From Vitrella brassicaformis CCMP3155 (taxonomy: Eukaryota > Protista > Chromerida): a stretch of DNA of 64,000 nt. A model generated the notes under the pieces. That model ran no database searches, had not been told where the DNA came from, and saw nothing but the letters and a program-made list of their open reading frames with translations. The first letter of the stretch is position 1; each line of letters starts with the position of its first letter. Positions 35,560 through 48,145 of the stretch are shown piece by piece. Made by a program: the position numbers and the translations under genes. The stretch spans positions 1 to 64,000 of the forward strand of contig CDMY01000656.1 of assembly GCA_001179505.1 (NCBI GenBank), written 5' to 3'.

Positions 35560-37194
35560 ATGGCTCCTAAGAAGGCGGTCGCATCGGAGGAGGCGCCTCC
35601 CTCCCCTCCCCCACCAGCCGTAGAGCACAAATGTGGCGAGTTGAAGCTGCCGGTGAGTCACTTGAGACCTCAAGTGAGACGGCACATATGTCATTGAATG
35701 GGATGAACGGCTTCTGCATCGTGTGTTGCAGAGCGGTTCAGTGTATGTCGGGGAGTACCGCACCGTGGACGGCGTCAAGGAGTACCACGGCAAGGGAACA
35801 CTCGCACAAGGTTGTGAGTTCTTGGAGGGCGAGTGGAATGAGGGCGACCTGCTGCATGGCCGATATGCCTTCCAGTCCGGGGCGTCGTATGAGGGGCAGT
35901 TCTACCACAACGCATTCCACGGACAGGTGAGAGCAGAGCATGCGATAAATCTCACCTCACCTTACTGCAGCCACGTGTCTCGTTGTGTGTGCAGGGGATA
36001 TACACGTGGCCTGAAGGGAAGACTTACGAGGGCACATTTGCCAATGGGGCGATGGACGGCTGGGGCAGACTGACGCTCAAGACGCTGCCACAGGCGGCGC
36101 AGATGTCCACTTTTGAGGGGGTCTTCACACAAGGTACGTCGCACGCGTGTTTGTGTGTGTGTGTGCTGCACATGCTTGTGGTGTGGGGCACAGGTGCGTA
36201 TGACTCCAACTACGACCGGCAGCAGAGCCTGCAGGGCGACTTTGAAGAGGTTTGTAGGACCAGAGACGCAACAGACACCTCCCTGCTGATCGGTGTCTAT
36301 TGCATGTGTGTGTGTTGCCTGCAGTCGTACACATCCACCTGGGGCGGTTCTGCCCTCCAGGCACTCCAAAGAATCAACGACGCTCTCACACAGGCACCCA
36401 CCCAAGCACACACAAAGACACACGAAATACACATGAGTCTGGCTGGCATTCTGTGGCCCTCTCTGTCACACATGAATGTCAGGGCCAGCCGATCGATGGC
36501 TTTCTGCTGCCCAACCCACCAGCGGAGGGAGAGGGGGCAGATGAGCCACACCCGCAGGGCGATCACTCGACGGCCGTCTTCGCCCCTCCCTACCCCACAC
36601 AAGTACGCTTGCAAAGAGAGGAACATACATGAGGTGTTCTTGTGTGTGCAGGAGAGTCTCCGCGCTGATGGTGTGGCAGCTCTCTGCTCCTCGCCTGAGG
36701 AGGAGAGGGAGATCCACGTGCTCAGGGCCAAAGACGACGCCACGCACACTTGTACCACCCGACACACACTGAGAAACATGTGATCAATGTCAAATTGTGT
36801 CCGCCTCTCTCTCTCTCTCTCTCTTAAAGCCGCTTCCCAAATCCGAGCGAAGCAGTTTGTGGGCTGCGGGCAGGTGGAGAGGAGATGGCACACCCATGGG
36901 ACCACACATCATAGCAGTCAGGTGGCTGTGTGCACGTGTGCAGGTCGTTGAGATCAGTGTGCCCAGCAAGAACACCCATGTGGCGCTCGCCAACTGCAAC
37001 ACGAGACGTCAGCGAATACATGCTCTGTTGCGTCAAAAGGAGACACATACACACAGACGGGGTGGGTGCATTGGGTGGATGGCTGTCTGTGTCTGTGTGC
37101 AGGTCCGTTGCCCGATGTGGCTGAGTGGCGTGTGGTGTCGTTCTTCTGTGAGATGCCTGAGCAGGCCGCAGGGGCCCCCAAGAAGAAGAAATGA
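35560..37194 (+). CDS. MORN-repeat protein
   Basis: YVGEY..YHGKG, LEGEW..HGRY, YEGQF..FHGQ|G.YTW, YEGTF..MDGWG repeats; basic C-terminus ending KKK*. Confidence 0.85.
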
Positions 37195-38569
37195 ACCTGT
37201 GGGTGGACATTGATGCTCGTGCACAATTACTTACACACACCACCAGACACACACCGAGACACAAAAGCGTTATACATATATATGTTGGAGTCGCTGTGCC
37301 CACAGCTCAGCTCTCTTCTCAGAGACAAATGTAATGCCTCCATCCATCCACCAGACCGAAGAGAGTGCAAGACGATGGACAGAACCAACCTACACACAGC
37401 CCTCCCCTCCCATGGACACTGACCCCAAAACACATGTACTGTAGACAGACAGCAGGCGGCACACGAGGGCGGCACCGATGGTGAATTGGCCTTCTCTCTG
37501 CGCTACACTGCGTAGTACTATTGTACCTGGCCAGGGGGATGCTTCTCAACCAACCCATGGATTTGCGACGTATCAAGCACAATACGGGGCCTAAGACGCC
37601 CCTCGATGGTGCACAAGGGTCGATTGTGTCCGCCTCGCGTCGCTTTTCCTCCTCCGATCCGATGCTGCGAGCTCAAACTTAAAGGGTGGAGTGTGGGCGC
37701 GTTCTCTCTTGCGTGATTCACGCCATCTTGACCATATGGACGTCAGTCAAACTCGGGTGAGAGAAGAGGCCGGAGCCTGTGGGCCAATCAAAGCGAGAAG
37801 GGAAGCACGTGCGTTATGGCATGCACCGTCTGTGCGGTGCTGTTGTGGACGTCGCCCTGTGGTTGATGTTACGTTGTGCAGATGATTGCGTTGCGTGTGC
37901 GTGAGCAGCTCCTGCCGCAGCGAGAGTTCACGCCTCTGATCACAGCATGCCTTCAGATGAACCAGACTCAGGTACTTAGCCAACCACCGCAGTGACTCAC
38001 TCACTCATCCATTCAATGCATCCGTCCCTCACCGGCCGCTTGGTTGCTCTGTCTGCTGTCCATGTGCGCGTGCAGGTCGACACACAGATCACACGCTCTC
38101 ACAGATGGACTCTACTCAGCTGACAGCACAGGTGGGCGCCTGCAGGGTGCCAAGCAGCACACACAAACAACAACCACACAATGGCCTCTGTCATGCTGCG
38201 GTTGGTGTTGCTCTCGTGTGGTTGATTCGTTCCTCAGGTGGTGGCCAGAGTGAACCGGCAGCTCGCTGCTGTGTCCGACCATCTGGCCGAGCTGGCAGAG
38301 ACCATAGAGACCGCCATCGCACAGACAACACACGAGGGTGAGCCGATATATACCTAAGGGAGAATGGCACACCAACACACAAACACGGCCTTGTGTGTGT
38401 CTGTGTCGTTGTCTGTGTCGCAGGTGATGGCGTGAGCGATTCTGCTACACATGGCAAAGATGCCGATGGCCACGTGCAGGTGTGTGATCGACCACACGCA
38501 GGCACACAAATTGACACACACACCGAGCTGCCATATGCATTGCGTGTGTGTCTGTTTGCTGTCTGTCGT

Positions 38570-39906
38570 CAGGCCACATCATTGCACCTGACTGACATTC
38601 CCGACAGCCCCATGAGCGTCGTCCTGGCACTGTCCGACCTCACCGCCGTCGCCCACCTCAAGTCAACAGCCCGACCCATTAGAAATGCCCTCCGGCCGAT
38701 CGCCCGCCGCTTTCGGCTGCCGAAGGCCATCGAGCGGGCGGGGGTTAGCGGTGTGGTGCAGTTCGACGATCAGCTGAGCGACGGCGATGTGATGAAGGCC
38801 ATGTGGGTGGTGGAGGAGGGGGGCGAGGGCGGCTGGGGGGAGGTGGGCGACACACTCCGAGTGGGCGAGCAGTGCGGCCACTGTCAGCTGCCGGTCACTG
38901 TGGGTGCTGGAGACCTGCAGACATACGCCACCAAGGCGGTAAGCACGACACACAGGAGAGGCAATCGGTGAGCTGCTGGATGTGTGTGTGCGGATGTGGG
39001 TGTGTTGGATGCAGGACTTCTTGGCGCTGCCCCGTGTGTTTGCGCAGTGGATGCTCGTCGGCCGCCACGTCGTCTTCCGTCGCCCCACTGGCCAGCAAGA
39101 CGGCACACTCCAGCTGTTCCGCCATAACAACGATATCCGGATCATCCGCAACAAGCCCGGCTTCACCATCACACTCAACCCGCCCCTCCCCCACCCCACC
39201 CGCCCCGTCCACCCCTTCTCGCAGCACCCCTTCCAGCAGCACGCAAAGCCACACGACCCCCCAGTCAGCAGCCGCATTCTGTGGCAGCAGGGGGTAGGGT
39301 GGGTGACGGTTGGCATCAACAACGGGCCCGTTGACGCATCGGCGAGTTCCGTGCTGAAGAGGCTGCTGCTGGTTTACCGGGAGTTGGCTGTGGGCGGCTT
39401 CTCCAACTCGCCGACGGTGGTGGTGGACCAGTGAGTGGATGGACGACAGGCAATGGCAGGTCGCTCACGCTCTGTTTCAAACATGGATGTGTGTGTCAGG
39501 CGTGTGCGTGGCGACCGCATCATGACCCAATCGCTGCACACGCCCCTCGACGGATGCTCACACGTGATGCCATGGGAGCTGGCCGATGGGAGCTGTGCGC
39601 AGTCGCATGTGCTGACGATGTCGGACGACCCATTCATCGCAGGGATGTACTTTGTCATCCAACCAGGCAACAACCAGAGCGGTACGATACACATGTACAG
39701 CAGATCCTCATGCTGTCGTGTCGCCTGATCATCTGCTCTGCTCTTGTCTGCATGCAGCAGCCGTCGGCATCTTTACCACCGAGGCCGCAGCAGCAGGAGT
39801 GGCTCATGATGCGCCCTTCGCCCAGCGATTCCCCCTGACGGCCGCCATGGTGCGCCGCGCCCTCGGGCCCATCGCACCCATCGTCCTCGACGGCCAGGCG
39901 CCATGA
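38570..39906 (+). CDS. Uncharacterised protein with an F-box-like motif; additional 5' exons likely from ~37730
   Basis: LHLTDIPDSPMSVVLALSDLTAVAHLKSTARPIR resembles LxxLPxxxLxxILxxL..L..vs; the following exons have coding-like composition. Confidence 0.5.
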
Positions 39907-40697
39907 AGGTGAAACCAACTCACAATGAATGACAAGATGGCGCGTGTGCATATGTGAGTTCCTGTGTGCTGATGGATCTTGTGCAGGTGGTGTGCTGGCA
40001 GCCAGGCGGTGTGGCTGCGTGTCGCGTTGGGTACTTGCTGACGGTAGCGCGTGCGGTCGAAGGGACAGCGTGTGCGTGCAGAGCTTTCTCTGTGTGTATG
40101 TGCTGCATGAATGACTGGTAGAACCATCACAGATCCATCCATCCATCCATTTTGATTGATGCAACCAAACCCATGCTCTATCACTCAGCCAACCCCCCAG
40201 TGCACTGCACCCATACAGACAGATATGTACATTCCCCCAGTTCGTTCGTAAGCGACCGCCATACAGAGACGCAGGGAGGTAGACACGAGGCCCACGCGAC
40301 CCAGCACAACACGACTCACACGCGGGGAGCTAGACGGACAGACAGACAGTGAGACAGACATGGGAGCAAAGGGGAGTCAGCGGCGGGGAGAGTGGTATGT
40401 TTGTCGGCAGGCACATCAATTAATGTGTTGCTGACGGCAAGTGCGTACGACGCGAGCAGACAGAGACAGAGAGCGAGAGAATCGGCCAGCCATTCCGTCC
40501 GCTCGGTCGAGATGGCCTTACACCCATCCCATACACACATAAGCACACAGGGGTTATGCATCCCCGTGCAAATATAGCCATCAAAACGTGTGCATGTCCC
40601 TCCCTCCCTCCCTCCCTCCCTCCCTCCGTCCTCCTCTCCTGTGTGGCTATCTCCCTCCGTCTGTGAGAGCTTTCACCCGACCTCATTGTCAGCCGTC

Positions 40698-41458
40698 TCA
40701 TTTGATGGTCGCCGAGCCAGCCAGCGATGGTCGATGATACGACTGATTGCGATTCATGAAGCCCTCTCTCCCCCCCGCCCCGCCCCGCCCCGCCCCTACA
40801 CAGCCTGTGTCGGCGCTCCCTCCGCTCAACACAAGACAACACACACCAAAAACACACACGGGCACCCGACACATGTGCTTTCTGTACACCCTCATCTCAT
40901 CAGACGTGCAATTCCATGCATCAGACGCCTACACACCCTGTCTGTCTGTCTGTCTACGACACCTTAGCGCCCTCCCTCTCCCTCTCCCTCTGTCTCGCCC
41001 TGCCCCTTCCCCTCTCCCTCTCCCTCTCATCAGCAGTCTTTCCGTCATCACTCCCCTGCACCTGTTGCTGCAGCGCCGCCACGTCACCACCCTCGCTCTC
41101 TCTCCCGCCTGTTCGCCTCAGCCGCCCCACCGTCCGCCGCATCACGCGAGACGTCAGCTTGGAGGCAAACTGCCCCGCCATGTTGGGCACTCCGGGCGAC
41201 ACCGCACTCATCGCCGCCTGCACACACACATGCAAGGGATGGAGGGAGGGATGGATGGATGGATGGGTGCCTGGGGGGGTGGAAGGACGTGCCTGCATCC
41301 GTAGAAGGGCTTCGAGGCGCACGAATCGTCTCATGAGGTTCCGCCTGGTCCGCTCGTCGACCTGTGGGGATGTGTTGGGCTGCAGGATGGTCAGCAGCAC
41401 CTCCCGGGCAGAGAGCAACGCCCGCAGGTCGTCCTCATCAAGACTGCCGCACACACAT

Positions 41459-41490
<32 letters not shown>

Positions 41491-44400
41491 TGTGGTGTGT
41501 GTGTGTGTGTGATGTGTGGGCGCGTACGTGGTCATCTGCTCGACTCTGCTGGACAACGCGTTGACAACGCCGATCGGTGCAGTGACGGGCAGCAAAGGCA
41601 GCAGGATCAGATTGGCCAGCCAGCTGCGCTTATCTGACCAAATCGACACACACACACAATACACAGACCACACACACGTGCACACGACCTCTCTCTCTGT
41701 GTGTGTGTGTGTGTGTGCGTGTGTGTGTGTTGGCACCTGAAAAGGGTGCCGGGAAGAGCCCCGTGATCATCCTCACTGCCCTTGCAGGCACTGCCGTCAC
41801 GGTGCGGGCCAATGCGTCGGTCAGCCGGACCATCTCGTCCACTATCAACTCCTGCAGGGCAGGTGCCATGCCAACCCACGTCTCGTCTCTCTGTCTCTCT
41901 GTCTGTCCGCGACGTACCTGCATGTAGTTGCCCTCCGGTGCAAAGACGAGCTTGAGCATCTCCTCCGCCTGTTTGGTCAGCCCCCCTCTCCTCGGTCTCC
42001 TCCTGCCCGCCATGGCCCTTGTGGCGCTGACGGTGGTGGTGTTGCCTTTGCCGGCCGCTGTGAGTGTGTCGTTGTTGGAGTGCTCGGAGGGGTAGTAGTG
42101 CATAATGGGTGTGATCTTCTTGCGCTGAATCGCAAACCTGCCAAAGACACACATGAAGCGGTGGGTTGGAGGGAGGGGGAGGGGGAGCGGTGGTGGGGGG
42201 CTAACCCCTGTTCGTCGACATGGATGTGGTCTGCTGCGTCAGCATCGTCCTCTTCCTGGTCTTCGGGCGGTGGTGGTGGGTCGCCCTCCTCGATGGCCTT
42301 GCTCTTCCGCAGCACCTCGATCGGCCTTTCATTCCTCTATTTCAACACACACACCACACAAAGGTGGATGGCTCGTGAGGTAGGTGTGGGTGTGACTGTG
42401 AGTGTGGCGCTACTCACCTTTTGCCCCCTCCTGTTTGCGGCCGCCCTGCCCCCCTCTCCGCTTGGTGCTGACTCTGCCGCCGCCATATCCCGCTCAAGCC
42501 CCGTCACATCAAGCGTGAAAGACGTGTACCCGTCAATCAACTTCTGCACACGGTCCGCCTGCACGCACCGACACAGAAGAGATAGATGCACTACTATCTC
42601 TCTCTCTCTTATTGGAGGCTCACCCACCCGGAGCACGCCGTCGGTGCCGTAGAGGAAGGAGCGCAGCGCCTCCCGCACTCGGACGGTGTTGTCGCTGAGG
42701 AGTCTTTTGGCGAGGTAGGGCATGCACTCCTCGGTGATCTGGAAGGTGTCGTCCACCGTCAGACCCAGACCCTCAAGCGTACCAAACGCCCTGCAGACAG
42801 GTATACGTGTGTGTGGAGAGGGAGAGGGAGCGAGGGAGAGGGAGATGGCTTTGACGCATTCTGGGTATGGGGTTGTGGGATGTGTGTGGCCCACCTGAGA
42901 ATGAGGCCAAAGTAGTCAGGCACCCTCATAGTGTATTGCTTGGTGAGCTGCTCGAGCTCCCGGCCCATGCTCTCGATGTTCATCGACTCGGTGCCGCCCT
43001 ACACACACACGCACACACAAACACACACAAACACACACAAACACACACAAACACACACAGAGAGAGAGAGAGAGAGGGACAGACGCCGGCCTGTTGTGAC
43101 ATGGGGCCTGCTTCTCTGCTGAGGTGACGGGCTCACTTCGTGGAAAGTCTCGACGAGGTGGCTGACCAGCGGCAGGACGTCGTCTCTCATCTGCGGGTCT
43201 TCATAGACCTATGTCGACAGACACACACCACACAGGGGAAGGCGTCTCAAGCGGGCAGGTAGGGAGACTTTGGTGTGTCTGTCTGGCATAGCTGCGGACC
43301 TCCTTTGGAATGAACCCCAGTCTGCAGAGGTCCCCCAGGGTGGCATTGTAGTCCTTGGCGGACAGATGCGCAACGTACTCGACTACAGACACAATGGGAG
43401 AATATGGGGTGTGTGTGTGCCGTCTAGTCTATCTATCTCTCTCACCCCACCCAGTGCGAGCCTTTGGTCCTCCTCGATCTCCGTGACCAGGCCAAAGTCC
43501 AGCATGCACAAGCGGCCGTCCGGCGTCCGCAAGAAGTTGCCCGGGTGCTTCCAGAATATGTCAGAGAATGACACACACACGGGAAGGGTGTGTCAGCCTC
43601 TCACTCAGTCACTCCTTCATTTGCTCACCGGGTCGGCGTGCAGGAAACCGGTCTCCAGGAGCTGCACGAGATAGCAGTTGACCAAAGCCTTGACCAGCAA
43701 CATCCTGCAGCCATCCATCCATCCATCCAGGACACGACTCGTTCTTCTCACTGGACATGCCCTCTCTCTCTCTCTCTCTGTCTGTGTGTGTGTGTGCGTG
43801 TGTGTGTATGTGTGTGGCTGGGGGGAGGTGAGCGGAACTGACGATGAGGCTCGCTTCTGCGGGTCTTTGGCCTCCTCCTTCAGGTCGCTGAACTTGCTGC
43901 CTGAACACCAAAGCGCACACCCATCACATGTGGGGGGGCTCATGCCAGAGGTTTGTGTGTGTGTATGTGTGTGTGTGTGTGAGAGAGAGTATACCGTCGA
44001 TCCACTCTGAGACAAGGACGTGCTGAGTGGCATTATACACCTCCGGCACCACTATTGACCCTCCCAGCAGCGCGTTCCCCTGCACGAACGACCGAAACCT
44101 CTCCTGGTTGGCCGCCTCGCGCTTGTAGTCGAGCTCGTCGATGAACCGCTTCCCGGCGTTGTCCACCACCCCGATAATGGACCCCGCTTTCTTCTTGAGG
44201 CCGGGGACGATCCGCATCGTCACCTCCAAACCCTTCACACATTCACATTCCCCCGCCCCGCACACACACAGATGGATGGATCTGCCTGGCCTGGGTGTGC
44301 AGACGCGCGCACCGCACCCTTCGTATGACGAAAAGGTCGAGGGAGCACCGGCTGAGCAGGTCCGGCCGCTGGACCTTGACGGCCACTTGCTTGGTCCTGC

Positions 44401-46234
44401 CGTTGGGCAGCCGCCACTCGGCCTTGTAAACCTGACCCAATGACGCCGCTGCCACGGGAGCCCTGCACACACACGCACACCAAACCCGCACATGTGCGCG
44501 TGGTGCCCCGACAGACAGACAGACAGACAGACATGCATCTGTTCGTGTGTGGGGGGTTGGGCAGCTGCTGACCTGAATGCCTTTCTGTCGGTGAAGAACT
44601 GCTCTATGGGGCCGCCGAGGTTCTTCTCCAAGATGGCGATGGCCAAATCTGCGCAGAGAGAGAGATGCACACACACGGAAGCGTGTGTGGATGTGTGTGT
44701 CGTGGCTGTGTGTGTGTGTGTGTGGTTGCCTGAGGGGAACGGCCTGACTCGGTCCTGGAACTGCTGAAACTCATTGACATAGAGGGAGGGCAGGATGTCG
44801 GGACGCACTGATAGACCTGCACACACGCAATCCACAGACACACACACACACATGAGGGTGGGGTGTCTGCGCGTCACGTTGGTATGAGCTTGGTCAGTTG
44901 CTCTTCGTTCGACCCTGTGCGACTTTGATGAAGGCTGGACCGAGGTCAGCCACCATTTCCCTCAGCTGCACGGCGCGCATCGCCATGTTGTCATCCCACC
45001 TCTTGGACGATATGTCCTACACACATCCATCCATCCATCCATCCATCCATCCAGATGTATCCCCCGCACGGGGTACCTGCTGGAGCTGCCACACAAATCT
45101 CATGGACTTGCCGCCCACCGACATGACGCGGCTCGCCACCATGCGCGGCTTGCGAGAGTAGTGCGCCCGAAGCGCACCCACCTGCACACGACAGACGGCA
45201 GACACACACAGACAGACATCGTGAGGCACTAACTATTGCGTATGCGTGTGTGGGGGTATTCCCTCCCTGCGCACGTCATATTTGCGTGGCAGGTTAGGGT
45301 CGTCTCCCTCCCTCAGCCACCGACGGACGCTCTCGGCGTCGAAGCCGTTCGGACCACCGACGCCAGTACTGCTGCTGCTGGTGTTGCCGTAGCCATTGCC
45401 ATTAGAGATCTGTCTGCTGCTCAGTGACGTCACATTCGCGGCGAGCGGGTCATAGGAAGGGCCTAGACACAGCACACACACACACAGGGAAGGAAGCGTG
45501 TGTCTGTGTGTGTGGTTTGGTGTGTTCCGCTGACACAACGGACCTGTGCGTGTGCCTGGGTGCTGGTGTAGGTCGATCATGTCTTGGTCTTGGTGTGTGG
45601 GGCCGTAGAGCCCCGCTGACGGGGTGTGTGTGCGGCTCATCTCGTTGATGACGTACGCTATGGCCACCAAACCCAACACACTCGCACCTAAACACACACA
45701 CACACACAAAGAGAGAGAGAGAGAGAAATATCAACGTGCGAAGCGAGGCGTGTGTCTGTGTCTGTCTGTCCGGCTCAGCGCACCTCCGCCGCCCTTTGTA
45801 GCGATTTGCTTCATGACGTTGGTGACCGTCATGAAGTCCACCATCAGCGTGGAGGCATGGTCCACAGGAAACGCCCCCCGATACGTCTTTGGGTGTGGCC
45901 GGCGGGACTGGAATGTCGACCAAGGCGGGAAGGGCTGACGACTCCGCCGCACATCCACGTCAACACAGGGCGGAATGAGAAAACACGACGCCCGCGCGAT
46001 GATGCCAACGCACACGCACACGAGCACGAGCGGCACACACGGACATGGCCGCCTCCTCCTTCTCCTTCGAGCTGGTGGATAAGAAGAAGTTGCCGATGAC
46101 GACGAGCAAGCCCGCCTCTGCTGGTGCTGCTCCTGGTGTTGGTGCTGTGTTATTGGTGGCCGCACACATGCCCTGCTGCTGACAGCCGTGGCGGTGTAGG
46201 TGTAGGTGTGTGCGCCATGATCCACTGTGCCCAT
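40698..46234 (-). CDS. ABC1/UbiB atypical kinase (plastid ABC1K-like), many exons
   Basis: LGPAFIKVAQG|LSVRPDILP; AAASLGQVYKA; VAVKVQRP; ELDYKREAANQERF; QLLETGFLHADP|HPGN; MLDFGL; RAFGTLEGLGL. Start uncertain. Confidence 0.92.
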
Positions 46235-46314
46235 GAGATTTGTATGATGTGGAGATGCGGGCCGGTCAGAGATGAAGATGAAGATCTCACAAACAGCGGC
46301 GCTGACGCTGCTTC

Positions 46315-46349
<35 letters not shown>

Positions 46350-46501
46350 CCTGCCGATAGGCAGAACTGGTCTCTCAGATCTCTCCAGCTCGCAATTGAG
46401 CTAAGCTCGCAGTGTCCTCAGAGATAGATGCTCCGACGAGATAGATTCAGGCCGCCTAGGGTGCTGCCCGAAACCGCTGCTGCTGACGAGATGATTCACT
46501 C

Positions 46502-46910
46502 ATGCAGCACTCATCCATTCGGCTGATCAATGTCCATCGTCGGTGCACCGTGCTGCTGCGGCCATTCATTGGGCCGCTCTGTGCGCTCTGTGCGCCACGT
46601 ACACGCAGCCGTCAATGCCAGAGGTCAGCCTCTGGCGCAGCATACACACACACACACAGAAAGGCAGACAGAGATCAGATCTCCCTTGATACTCATGTGT
46701 GTGTGTATATGTGTTGTGTTTGTGCAGGTCAGGATGTGTGGCCGAAGCCCGTGTTTGTGCCGCCCGACACGGCGGCCCGTGCGGACGAAGAGCTGAGTGA
46801 CGATGACAGTGAGGCGGTCCTGCAGCCGCACAAGGCACTCATACAGGTGCGTGGGTGGGCGAGTGAATGAGCGAGCATTGGGGCAGCCGGCCGGGACAGG
46901 CAGCACACTC

Positions 46911-46945
<35 letters not shown>

Positions 46946-48113
46946 CATGGTGTTCGGAAGAAGTGGATGGAGTCGAGTGCAGTGCTGGCCAAGACCATCC
47001 TCAAGACGGCCGTCACCAACGCGAGAGACCCGAACCTTTGGTTGGTTATCCCTTNNNNNNNNNNNNNNNNNNNNNNNNNNNNNNNNNNNNNNNNNNNNNN
47101 NNNNNNNNNNNNNNNNNNNNNNNNNNNNNNNNNNNNNNNNNNNNNNNNNNNNNNNNNNNNNNNNNNNNNNNNNNNNNNNNNNNNNNNNNNNNNNNNNNNN
47201 NNNNNNNNNNNNNNNNNNNNNNNNNNNNNNNNNNNNNNNNNNNNNNNNNNNNNNNNNNNNNNNNNNNNNNNNNNNNNNNNNNNNNNNNNNNNNNNNNNNN
47301 NNNNNNNNNNNNNNNNNNNNNNNNNNNNNNNNNNNNNNNNNNNNNNNNNNNNNNCCCCCCCCCCCCCCCCCCCCACACACACGAGGGCGGCCCGGCCCCT
47401 GTCCCTTTGGCTGAGTGAGTGAGTGAGTGAGTGAGTGGGTGAGTGCGTGCGTGTGTGTGTGTGTGTGTGTGTAGGAGGCGTCATGTGCGTCGCGTTGACG
47501 TGATGGCGCCCTTCATGACGCCCACAGAGTTTGTGGTGGTGCTATATGCCTTCGCACGAGTCAGGTCAGGCCAGACAGACCTGGCCGCACGTGTGTATGT
47601 ATGTCTGTTTGCATCTGCGTGTGTGTGTCTGGTTGTGTTGTGTGTGTTGTGTGTGGTGTGTATGATAGGTATCGTGACGAGCGTCTGGTGCGGACGGTGT
47701 CGCCGTACATCCTCAAGCACATCGACGCCTTCACTGTCAGAGGTAACTGGTGGGTTGGGGGGGTTGGTGAGGGCACATACAACACACGTGTGTGGATGTC
47801 TGTGTGTGTGGTGCAGGTCTGTGCCTGGTGCTGAATGCGATGCGCAAGCTGGAGGTCCGGCGGTTCGACACCATCGAGCTCTGCGTGCAGCAGGTAGACG
47901 CACGTAACGTGCTGCAGACGCGCAAACGGCATCAGGTGTGTCTGTGTGTGTCCACCTTTCCACGCAGTTGTGTCTGCACATGGGTGAGTGCGGCATCCAC
48001 GAGCTGGCCCTCTCCGCAAACGCACTCGCCTTCTTCTACAGCTACCACACAGGGCAAGCACTCACACACACTTATACACAGAGCCATACCACCATTGTCT
48101 CTCTCTCTGTCTG

Positions 48114-48145
<32 letters not shown>

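Noticed and set aside
27286-47374. Poly-C/G tracts next to N gaps as functional G-quadruplex elements
   Set aside because: Truncated by gaps and likely the cause of sequencing dropout; true length and context are unknown.
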